Positions 1 through 10,520 of a stretch of 15,112 nt of DNA are shown here, one piece after another; position 1 is the stretch's first letter, and each line of letters begins with the position of its first letter. The translations under genes were made by a program, and so were the position numbers. The notes beneath the pieces are model-generated. The model searched no databases. It worked only from the letters and a program-made list of their open reading frames with translations, and was not told the origin of the DNA. The stretch comes from Octopus sinensis. Its lineage: Eukaryota. The DNA lies in assembly GCF_006345805.1 (NCBI RefSeq), contig NW_021825609.1, positions 1 to 15,112 on the forward strand. The letters run 5' to 3'.

Positions 1-182
1 TTGTTCTTCTTTTTGCTATCACATAACTTGACTTTGTAAATGAATAACCCGAGGTGTTTATTTTAATGGCCAACCGATGTGTACAGTGAATTTCTTTGCC
101 CTAGGTGTCGGGAATACACTCGACAAAAAAGGAAGCAAAAATAAGAGAAAAATAGCAAAAAATAATATGAACATTAATTTCT

Positions 183-194
183 TTATTATTATTA

Positions 195-271
<77 letters not shown>

Positions 272-341
272 GTTGTTGTTGCTGTTGTTGTTGCTATTGT
301 TGTTGTTGTTGTTGCTGTTGTTGTTGTTATTATTATTATTA

Positions 342-409
<68 letters not shown>

Positions 410-444
410 AATAATAATAACAACGACAGCAACAACAATAATAA
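183..444. repeat. Compound trinucleotide microsatellite (ATT)n-(GTT/GCT)n-(ATT)n followed by a short opposite-polarity (AAC/AAT)n tract
   Basis: Read directly: ATT 183-270, GTT/GCT 271-328, ATT 329-406, AAC/AAT 407-444. Explains the poly-I/L/V ORFs. Confidence 0.97.
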
Positions 445-754
445 TTGTAATCGCTTCTTCCCTGTTTTTTGAAATATATTTCTCCTCCTAAGTCGTTGTT
501 GTCCTGTCTAAAAATACTTGTCTCCATGGAGATTAATCATGATTAATCAAATTGTAAGGAGTGTTATGCAATATAATAATGAAATTATTAACTAAACACC
601 AGCAGATCTAGTAATACCGGAAGCAGCAGCACCACGACCACCACAAAAGACACTATTATAATTGTCACTAACTGTAGCTCAATCATCACCATCGACATAA
701 TGAACAAGTCAAAACCGAAATCAAAATTACCATTGCAATATTTATTTCTCCGAA

Positions 755-982
755 GGCGGCGAGCTGGCAGAAACGTTAGCATGCTGGCGAAATGCTCAGC
801 GGTATTTCGTCTGCCGTTACGTTCTGAGTTCAAATTCCGCCAGGGTCGACTTTGCCTTTCATCCTTTCGGGGTCGATAACTTAAGTACCAGCTACGCACT
901 GGGGTCGATATAATCGACTTAAACCCTTTGTCTGTCCTTGTTTGTCCCCTCTGTTTTTAGCCCCTTGTGGTCAGTAAAGAAA
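755..982 (+). mobile_element. tRNA-derived SINE, octopus-type family A, near full length
   Basis: Head GGCGGCGAGCTGGCAGAAACGTTAGC (A-box-like), B-box-like GAGTTCAAATTCC at 826-838, core GGGGTCGATATAATCGACTT, tail AGCCCCTTGTGGTCAGTAAAGAAATA. Homologous copies at 997, 4298, 11011 and 11383. Probably one of the described octopus OK/OR1/OR2 families; exact assignment unchecked. Confidence 0.9.
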
Positions 983-996
983 TATATATTTTTAAA

Positions 997-1135
997 GGCG
1001 GCGAGCTGGCAGAAACGTTAGCACGCCGGGCGAAATGCTCAGCGGTATTTCGTCTGCCGTTACGTTCTGAGTTCAAATTCCGCCGAGGTCGACTTTGCCT
1101 TTTTTCCTATCGAGGTCGATTAATTAAGTACCAGT
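997..1135 (+). mobile_element. tRNA-derived SINE family A, second head-to-tail copy, 3'-truncated
   Basis: Near-identical to 755-892 (GGCGGCGAGCTGGCAGAAACGTTAGC...GTTCTGAGTTCAAATTCCGCC...TAAGTACCAG), then diverges. Confidence 0.9.
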
Positions 1136-1494
1136 TAAGAAATCCCCACCAGTGTTGTCCTTTAAAAAAAAAATTATCGTCCTAACTTCAATGATACTAC
1201 AAATTCAATAAGCAGTGTCTAATGTCTGGTTACTTTCCACCCACTGTATATATATAAATATTAGTAGAAATGAGGTACTCAGAAGATCGGATGGTTTATA
1301 TTTACAGATATTTATTTGAATATTACATTTTTTATATATATATATCATATCACTTAGATCATTAGCGCTTTCTCCCATTCTAGTGGGGTTTTCAAATCAA
1401 ACTAAATTCCTGTGTGAGGAGTTTTGACCATTTTATAGAGTTTGTAGTAGTGGGGAGGAATATAAGACAGTACAAGAAGGTGATGGATGAGGAG

Positions 1495-1965
1495 AGAGTG
1501 AGAGAGAGAACATGTGTGTATGTGTGTGTGTGTGTTTTGTATCTGGGATGAGTGCTAAAGAAAATATGTAAATATGTGTATATATGTATATATATATATA
1601 TGTGTATATATACATATATATATATATGTATATATACATATATATATGTGTGTATATTATATATTATATATATAATACATATTATATATATGTAAATATA
1701 TATATTTATGTATATTTACATATACATATATGTACTAGATATATATCCATTCAAATTTTTATCTATTTATCTATCTGAGTATATTTATATCCATCTATAT
1801 GCATATAGGTATATATGTATATATCGAAATATATAGGCACCTTCCACGCAAATATATTTATATACATATGCACAAGCATGCACACATCATTCACACACAC
1901 ACACACACAAACACATACACGACACAGCACAAAAATATCGTATTTACACGTGTGTGCATGAGTGC
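1495..1965. repeat. Degenerate (GA)/(GT)/(AT)/(CA) dinucleotide microsatellite field
   Basis: Read directly; produces the YIYI-type ORFs. Confidence 0.9.
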
Positions 1966-2234
1966 GTGTAGTGTTTGGGCATAAGTATGTCTGGCCTGAA
2001 TATTAAAATTTCAATTTAATCGATATCTGTTTGCGTACACAAGGCTGTTCGCTCATGTTTACGTGTGAATATATAAGAAAATGCCTCCTTATAAAAACAC
2101 CAAAAACCGGACGTAATATGCATAGATTTCGCAATATCATATCCTTTAGAGGGAATCTCGTCTACGCATTTGCTGGAGAATTTGTACTAATATCATAGAG
2201 TATGCTTGCACACAACTAGAATATATCTTTACAC

Positions 2235-2530
2235 CCGCACACGCACACAAACACACACACAAACACACACACACAAGCAAACAAACACACACACAGGCAT
2301 ACATAACACAACACACATATATATACTTACAGATACTATTTCACAGCATGTCTATGTATATCTGTATTAAATATATAATCATTTCGATCTCTTTGTCTCT
2401 ATCTCTATCTCTCCCTGTCTCTCTCTATATTTATATATATGTATATATATATATGTACGTATATATATATATATATATATATATATTCATATATATATAT
2501 ATGTATGTATATGTATACACATATATATAT

Positions 2531-2597
<67 letters not shown>

Positions 2598-2752
2598 TCA
2601 TATATATATGTATGCATATGTATACATATATATATATACACACATACATGTATATATATATATATATATAATATATATATATATATGCATATATATATAT
2701 AACTTTCATCTATGTCTGCTTGTCTATCTATCTATCTATCTATCTATCTATC

Positions 2753-2812
<60 letters not shown>

Positions 2813-2975
2813 GTCTATCTATCTGTCTGTCTGTATGTCATGTTCGTGTGTTATAAAGACAGAGACGCAGAGGAAGTGTGTGTGTGTGTGTGTTCGAGCG
2901 TGCACGTGTTGGTGTACGCGCATGTAATCGTGCTTGTGTACGTTCGTGCGTTCGTACGCCTAGGCGTATGTGTTC
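2235..2975. repeat. Compound microsatellite field: (CA)n, (CT)n, (AT)n, (TATC)n at ~2723-2822, (GT)n
   Basis: Read directly. Confidence 0.92.
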
Positions 2976-3124
2976 GTGTTAAACCGAAATCCGAGGACTG
3001 ATCGCAAAGTTCGCCTATTGAATTTTTGCTAGTTAGCTGCACTCTTGATAAAACATGAAACCCGACTACAAAACAGTAATGTTAACACGGCAGTAGACAC
3101 ACACAACAAACAAATGTGTTTCAC

Positions 3125-3189
<65 letters not shown>

Positions 3190-3195
3190 TAATAG
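3125..3195. repeat. (AAT)n microsatellite
   Basis: About 20 perfect AAT units read directly. Confidence 0.97.
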
Positions 3196-3640
3196 TAAAA
3201 ATAGCAATAAAGTTCTGAGCAAGCCAAACAAAAACTATCATCATAATAAATAATATTGAAGAAAAACAAAAACCCATAAAAAAATGTTAATAGAGAACAA
3301 AACATTAAATTGAGATTAATGTGCAAATACCGAAAAATATCATGCACAAATTATATTTGTCTGTTTATCAATTAGGATATTAGAGAAAAACGTAGAAATA
3401 CAAACACATATTAGATTAAGAGAGGAAAATGTTGTAATAAAAAATTAAATATGTATAAAAAAAAAGTAAATGTGTAAAAGAGAAGAGAGTAAGAAAAAAA
3501 AATTATTTACAAGTGTATAAAATGTAATAAAATTCCATTTAGAGTTTGTATTGCAATGTCTGCAGTAAAGAAAAGGCATCTACTCTAAACAATATTACTA
3601 GTGCTGACACAGCGAAATATTAAAATATAGTTGTTGGCGT

Positions 3641-3904
<264 letters not shown>

Positions 3905-4279
3905 GCTGACGATATGTGCATCTCTGACCACGAGCAGAAGTAGTGGGGGAGCATCATAGCCATGTGTTGAGAGGGATTCTTTGGGGTTTGAATAATTCAC
4001 CTCTGGAAACATGGGTGGTTCTTTCAACATCCTTAAACAACCCTTATTCAGGGACCTTTTGAGCGGGATGGGCAACTCGACTTGAAGAAAATTCTAACTG
4101 GGCCCCACCTGCAAGGTCATGCGCTGTTTACCTTGATATGAGATCACCATGTCGCGCACATATGGTTGTGATGCATGTGCCTGGTGTACACTTATCAGAC
4201 GGGTAGTCATGATGGGTATACTGGGCTTCGTATATTTTACCCCAGTGTCACTTTGATGGCATGAACTGCTCTCTCACTC
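3905..4279 (+). mobile_element. Interspersed repeat, probable 5'-truncated 3' UTR of a non-LTR retrotransposon ending in an (AAT)n tail
   Basis: 375-bp complex, GC-richer block with sharp edges, flanked on both sides by (AAT)n and ending ...CTCTCTCACTC(AAT)6. Resembles a common octopus repeat as I recall it. Parent family and strand are inferred. Confidence 0.6.
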
Positions 4280-4297
4280 AATAATAATAATAATAAT

Positions 4298-4503
4298 GGA
4301 TTCAAATTATGCAGCAATTTTCGGGGAGGGGATGAGCCGATTACATCGACCCTAGTCTTTTTTCAACTGGTACCTATTTTTATAGATCCCGAAAGGGTGA
4401 AAGGCAAATTCGACCTCGGCGGAATTTGAAATCAGAACGTAAAGTCGGACGAAATATCGCTAAGCATTCTGCCCTCGGTGCTAACGATTCTGCTAGCACA
4501 CCA
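4298..4503 (-). mobile_element. tRNA-derived SINE family A (alternative 3'-tail subfamily), diverged
   Basis: Reverse-complement homology to 755-920 (CGACCTCGGCGGAATTTGAAATCAGAACGT...GCTAACGATTCTGCTAGC). Tail type TTCAAATT...CAGCAA is shared with 11383-11579. Confidence 0.88.
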
Positions 4504-4507
4504 ACTT

Positions 4508-4585
4508 AATAATGATAATAATAATAATAACAACAACAACAACAACAACAACAATAATAATAATAACAATAACAATAACGACAAC
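4508..4585. repeat. (AAT)n-(AAC)n compound microsatellite
   Basis: Read directly. Confidence 0.9.
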
Positions 4586-4996
4586 AGAAGGAAGCAGAAG
4601 GAAAACTAATAAACTCAACAAACTAATAAGAATAATTGCTAAGCATGACCTTTACAAGAAAACAAAGGAGATACAGATTGAAATCCTCAAACAAAAAACT
4701 ACAATTAAAACCAAACGACTGGCAAGATACTGCGAAACGCTCAGCACTCCATAGACTTATTATTCAAGGGGAACACAAAAGAAATATACAGGGAACTGGG
4801 GGAAAATAACATTATTGTGGGAATACTTCCTCTCCAGCAGGAAACTTTTGGAAAAACATTTAGAGTAATCCAAAGGAGTTTAATTAGAATGCACATTGCG
4901 TCAGAGACATAAAAGAGGCCAATGTTCACCTCAGATATGAAGAATTGGCAGGATATAACGACTGATGAAGTGAAAGCGGCCCTCACCACAACTTAG
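4586..4996 (+). pseudogene. Decayed ORF fragment of an R4/Dong-like non-LTR retrotransposon (region just upstream of the RT domain)
   Basis: Manual translation across about three frameshifts and internal stops: EILKQKTTIKTKRLARY / LFKGNTKEIYRELGE / FWKNI*SNPKEFN*NAHCVRDIKE / WQDITTDEVKAAL. This matches the order of the pre-RT motifs LKQK..A...RL.RY, LF....K.FY, FW..IW....HN..A.W and IT.EEV..AL that I recall for the R4/Dong clade. It stops before the expected NWKxPG motif. Confidence 0.75.
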
Positions 4997-5223
4997 CCGT
5001 TGAACTCAATAAAGTATTTCCATACCCGCGCCTTCCTTCGCTCATTCCCTTTCTCAATTATATTGCCTCACCCATTCCACCATCCCTGATTTATAACATC
5101 TGTTGTCAACACACCCAACAACAACAGCACCTTCATAATACTACCTATCTAGCCTCTTCCTACTTATGTCTCCATACACCACTGCCACTTCTACCGCTTT
5201 CCTGGTTACTTGCATTTCCCAAT

Positions 5224-5638
5224 GGTACTTCAGGTCCGACAGCTGTTTCGGGAGTTATAGAATTACGTAATAGTTGTAAGATGGGTAAATGGCGCGTGCA
5301 CAAATGTCAAGGAGATGCAGCTCTGCGTCTCCTATCCCTTCTTGCCTTTTCTCTGCATTCAACAGTCTCCTCCTCCATGAGCGACTTACAAGTTCCTTCC
5401 AGCTACTTCTATTTGCCTTCCGCATCACTCATTCTACATTTCAATTCTCTCGTATTATGTTCTCAATTGCTGGTTTCCAGTCTCACCACTCCAAAGACGG
5501 TGGCCGGAGTTACGGTAATGTTTATATGTATCTACGACAGGCTGGATCTCCTTGACATTTTTGCACGCACCATTTACCTATCTTAGAACTATTACGTAAT
5601 TCTATAACACCCGAAACAGCTGTCGGACCTGAAGTACC
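5224..5638. mobile_element. MITE-like / foldback element, 415 bp, 98-bp terminal inverted repeats, flanked by AT dinucleotides
   Basis: 5224-5321 versus the reverse complement of 5541-5638: 92/98 identical, no indels. Ends GGTACTTCAGG...CCTGAAGTACC with AT on each side. No transposase ORF. Confidence 0.85.
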
Positions 5639-5759
5639 ATGCCTTCTCCCCTTAGATGTCTATAATTTTTGTGGTCAATGTAAATTCCTTCTGTAAATAT
5701 TTCTAAATCTAAATGCATGTACACGAATGTGCATCTGAGTATTTTCCGGTTTCTGCATC

Positions 5760-6065
5760 TGTGTGTATATCCAAATATATATATATATATATATATACAT
5801 GTATATATATATTTACATGCGTGTATGTATCATATATCTAGACAAAGCGTGTTTATTTGGATCTCTCTTTGTATATGTGTGTATGTGTGTGTATATATGT
5901 CTGTGTATGAATGTCACTTTATGTATACATATGTATAATTATATACGTATACATATAATTCATATATGCTTTATATATTTATACATACACACATATTTTC
6001 CATATATATATGTTTGTGTGTGTGTGTAGAGGTATTGTATATGTATAATTATATGCATGTATATA

Positions 6066-6146
<81 letters not shown>

Positions 6147-6185
6147 AATATCTATATACATATACTTACACACGCACACACATAC
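5760..6185. repeat. (AT)n/(GT)n/(CA)n microsatellite field
   Basis: Read directly. Confidence 0.9.
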
Positions 6186-6550
6186 ATGCCCTGCAAGTAA
6201 TCCTGTTCGCTTTTATTGATCTGCCAATATTGTTTTTAGCACTGACGATAGTTCTAGCGTTGCTGTTGCTCCTTTCCATATCTCTCTATATACATATAAC
6301 TCTCCCTCTCCCTCTCCCTCTCCATCCCTCTTTTCCTTTGTATCGCTGTCTCTCGCAACCTCTCTCTCTATTTATCTCTGTATTTCTTCCTCTCGATATT
6401 TCTCTTGAAATACGTTAGTCTCCAAGTGATTCCAAGGAGCCAAGTCTTTAACAAAAACCTGACTGATGTGCTCAGCCTATTATTATCATTAATGTGATAG
6501 CGATCTTGACTTGCAGCTAAATCATTTTATACTCTATTAACAACAGAGAG

Positions 6551-6583
6551 AATAGAATAGAATAGAATAGAATAAAATAAAAT
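6551..6583. repeat. (AATAG)4(AATAA)2 pentanucleotide repeat
   Basis: Read directly. Confidence 0.85.
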
Positions 6584-7334
6584 GCAGCGAAAGGAACAGA
6601 AGAAAAAAGAAATAATATGAAAGCACATTAAATAAAACTGAGCATAAAATAATTTCTAGAAGAGTATAGAAAATAAAAATAGATCATTTTGCAATGGCCC
6701 TTTAATTTCTATGAAGATTAAAGAGGGGAGCAGATGGGGAATCGCAACAGAGATATATCTTCAAAAATGTCCCGAATCTTCGAGATATTTCAGTTTGAAG
6801 TTGTATTTCCTGCGTACAATCTCAAAGGGAAAGTAAGCTAACTGCGTTCGTTATATTTCTGTGGCTGTGTTTTGTTATGGTTTGTGTGTATGTAGAGACG
6901 GATCGAAATACATGCGTCTATAGATAAATATATGTGTCTACGCAAACACACACACACATATACACATACACTCCCATACACACTCGCATACGCACAAAAC
7001 AAACATACATACATGGACGTATATTTGTTTTTAAGTTCAGTTATAATAAAAACAATTTAACATTAATCTCATGGGTTTCCCCATACTTTGTAGAGTACCC
7101 ACTGAGTACGAATTGAATACCAAATGGAGAATAGAAGTGGATTTCTAAAGGCATAATTTACCCTACCGTTATAACACTCAAGTTTGGATGAGGGTTACCT
7201 TATACCATCCAAGAGGGTTGCTATGCAGAAAATGGCAAAGAGTAGAAATATATTTTTCTTAAATGAAAGTATTATAGACTTAGATTTCTATGTTTCAGCC
7301 AGCTAACCCATCGTCTGGCATACGTGTGTGTGTG

Positions 7335-7467
<133 letters not shown>

Positions 7468-7480
7468 CTATGTATAACCT

Positions 7481-7645
7481 TCTATTCTTTTATTTGTTTC
7501 AGTAATTTGATTGCAGCCATGCTGGAGCACCGTCCTTAGTCGAACTAATCGAGCCCAGGATTTATTCTTTTTAAGCATATTACTTATTATTCTCTCGGTC
7601 TCTTTTGCCGAACCGCTAAGTTACGCGGACGTAATCATACCAAAC
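7481..7645 (-). mobile_element. 3' half of a different octopus SINE-like repeat (family C), diverged
   Basis: GCAGCCATGCTGGAGCACCG...GTCGAACTAATCGAGCCCAGGA...CTCTTTTGCCGAACCGCTAAGTTACG matches a common octopus repeat from memory and carries a GTCGA-N4-ATCGA-CCCAG core like family A. Strand inferred from core orientation. Confidence 0.7.
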
Positions 7646-8279
7646 ATACATCACACACACAGATCATACATCAGGTCTGAAAGTTTTCTGCAATGAAGCC
7701 CTCCACGCTAGACTGTCTTACTAATATGTTATTTTGGTCACGTCAACATCATTTGTTTCGGCACATTCTCTGAATTCTTTCGCATTTAACCTACTTCAAG
7801 CTGCGTGAAGTGAGTATTCTTTGTTGAAGTTTAGAAAAATGCTTTTTGTTGGTGATTGTTTGATTGATATCCAAATTGTGACGACAATGGTTTTTTCAAT
7901 TACCACACATAACACGAGAGGTTAGTAGAATGTATACGATTCTTGTTTTACTGACCTCAGACTTAAGGTTAGTTATGTAGGAAACAGCTTTCAAAATCGT
8001 AACCCGAATCACCAATATAGGTTCATAAGCGACAAAAAGAGTAGAGCGACGTCCTCTTTCTCTTATGTAAAGAAGATGAAAGACCTATGCGTTAGCATTC
8101 TAACAGAAATCTAGGCATGTAAAGCTATCAGATATAAACAATACGATCATGCAGAAATTTGCATCATGGAAAAACAAAAGAAAGCTTTTAAAAAACTGAT
8201 TTTATTGGTAATATTTATATGATACACCAGTAAAACTAAACAATAAGATACATCAGAGGCTTAAAGTGCTAATGTTATT

Positions 8280-8413
8280 TTATTGTCGCTTTAATCTTGC
8301 CAAATGCTTCTCCATTCGTTGGTCAGTTTCCATATAGATGCGGGTTGTCTCTTCTAGATCTTCATGTTTCCATTGGTTAATTCTTGTCATATTCATAATG
8401 ACCATTATGCCGC
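8280..8413 (-). CDS. Candidate terminal coding exon of an unidentified gene (phase 1; ...GIMVIMNMTRINQWKHEDLEETTRIYMETDQRMEKHLARLKRQ*)
   Basis: Good 3' splice site TCTTTCCCACAG|G (AG at 8415-8414), 43 open codons to TAA at 8282-8280, AATAAA overlapping the stop and again at 8206-8201. No homology recognised. Confidence 0.4.
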
Positions 8414-8437
8414 CTGTGGGAAAGACGCAGAACCCAT

Positions 8438-8960
8438 TATATACATACATACATACATACATACATGCATACATATATATACATACATTCATGCATGCAT
8501 GCATACATACATACATACATACATATATACATACATACATACTTACATACATATATACATAAATACATACATACATACATGCATACATGCATACATACAT
8601 ACGTACATATATACATACATACATACATATATACATACATATATAAATACATACATACATATATAACATACATACATAAATACATACATATAAACATACA
8701 TAGATACATACATACATACATACATACATAAATACATACATGCTTACATACATACATGCATACATGCATACATACGTACATATATATATACATACATATA
8801 TACATACATACATACTTACATACATATATACATAAATACATACATGCATACATACATACATACATACATTCATACATACATACATACATGCATAAATGCA
8901 TACATAAATACATATACACACACATATACACCTCCACAGATATGCATATGCACACAATTA
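8438..8960. repeat. Interrupted (ATAC)n tetranucleotide tract with ATGC/ATAA/ACTT variants
   Basis: Read directly; accounts for most of ORFs 8280..8957 and 8437..8955. Confidence 0.95.
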
Positions 8961-9524
8961 CACATATATGAACAAGAATGGGCTACTTAAGAGAAATAAC
9001 ACAAATAAGCCATTGGCATGTATTATTTAAACAAACTTAGACAAATACAGGTATATCGAATACCATACAACATAAATTCTGGTTTAATTGAAATTATCTG
9101 AATTAACCCCCTTCTAGGGGATGTATCATAATAACCAAAAGTCATTCAGACCATTTCAAACAGGAAGGGTAGGAGAAAATCAAGAATTCTCCACCCTTGA
9201 GATGTGAGGGTAAAAAAAAGGTTTTATTTTGTGTAGATAAGAAGACTGTTGTGCATACATGTTCCTGACTCAATAACCGTCGTCAGTGCAGCGATTGTCT
9301 CACCTAATCACATATAGCCAAGAGGCCAATACTTATACAAAGCAACATTTTAACCTAGGAAATTTTCAGAATTATCTAGGGTAAAAATAAATAATGTGAA
9401 ACAATTGAAACTCGTCAGTGACATGTTCTTGAAGAGTGAGACGTAATGGAATGGAAGGATATGTTACAAGAATCAAAGCGTGACAAGACTGGTATCCATG
9501 GAAACAAGTTTTTAAACTATGACA

Positions 9525-9677
9525 ATGCATATATATAGCTATACACACACATGTATGTATGTGTATGTATGTGTGTATGTATGTATACAGACATATATAT
9601 GCATATATACGTATATATATGTATATTTATATACATATATATGGATACATATTTATATTTATATAATCAATCAATCA

Positions 9678-9719
<42 letters not shown>

Positions 9720-9725
9720 TATATA

Positions 9726-9778
<53 letters not shown>

Positions 9779-9780
9779 GT
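9525..9780. repeat. (GTAT)/(AT)n/(CAAT)3 microsatellite field
   Basis: Read directly. Confidence 0.9.
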
Positions 9781-10427
9781 AAATGATTGTAATTATATAC
9801 TCATGTGTTTTGTGTCTTTTTGTCTCTCCGTGTATGCTTGTATACACACGATTTTACTTTATTTGAAAATATAAATCCTCCGATCATTTTAATTTAACAT
9901 TGTAAATTTGCTACAACCGGCCGCTACAACCTGTATTTACTTATCCCATAAAACACTACCAGGAACTCCATTAAACTCCTGTGAACTCCATGTCGAACCC
10001 ATCATAAGATGGGGACGAAACACACTTAAAGAACGGATGCCTTTTGCACTTAGAACTACCATCATTTTAATGAAATACTTCGCAATTTCTACTGTAAAAC
10101 TTTGGAAATTTTAGCGTTACTGGTAAAGTAAAATAGAAATAAATGGCTTTTATTTTCGCCAGAATATCGCAATTTGTACAAGATTCCTGTCAGCTGTAAA
10201 TCTTTGGTTAATGGCGAACATCGTGGGGATGGTCTGCATGATATTCTTAAAATTTCACTCCTCCGAAATAACTCGATGAAATAATGGTATTGGCATCAAC
10301 GCAGTTTTGTCCTCAAGTAGGTCTCGTTAAAGATAATTGACCTGGCTGCTACTTTGGTCTAGTGCTTTGAAATTTTCGCATTTGAAATTTTATGCAAGGT
10401 ACCAATACATGTGTATTTGTGTGTATC

Positions 10428-10475
<48 letters not shown>

Positions 10476-10520
10476 ACAACAACAACAATTCAAACTTCAA
10501 TACATATGAATAAGTCAGTA

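Noticed and set aside
755-840. tRNA gene
   Set aside because: A/B-box-like motifs run into a SINE body present in multiple diverged copies; there is no complete cloverleaf.
4962-4975. CTGATGA-AGT-GAAA hammerhead-like core
   Set aside because: No stem II or flanking stems; it is the coding sequence for TDEVK in the LINE fragment.
5612-5638. CGAAACAGCTGTC...CTGAAG in the MITE arms as a hammerhead
   Set aside because: There is no CUGANGA upstream of GAAAC, only 4 nt separate GUC from CUGAAG so no stem I can form, and the core A9 position does not match.
6770-6840. Plus-strand donor-like sites (GAAA|GTAAGC near 6833; also GAA|GTGAGT near 7810)
   Set aside because: Isolated donor motifs without a convincing acceptor or recognisable peptide.
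8300-8345. IYMETDQRMEKHL as a GIY-YIG endonuclease remnant
   Set aside because: It lacks the Gly of YIGET and the upstream VY..C..C motif; the similarity is too weak.
9979-10021. Hairpin CCCATC-ATAA-GATGGG followed by GACGAAAC as a hammerhead
   Set aside because: Upstream CTGTGA lacks the invariant A6, is not adjacent to the stem, and no stems I/III form.
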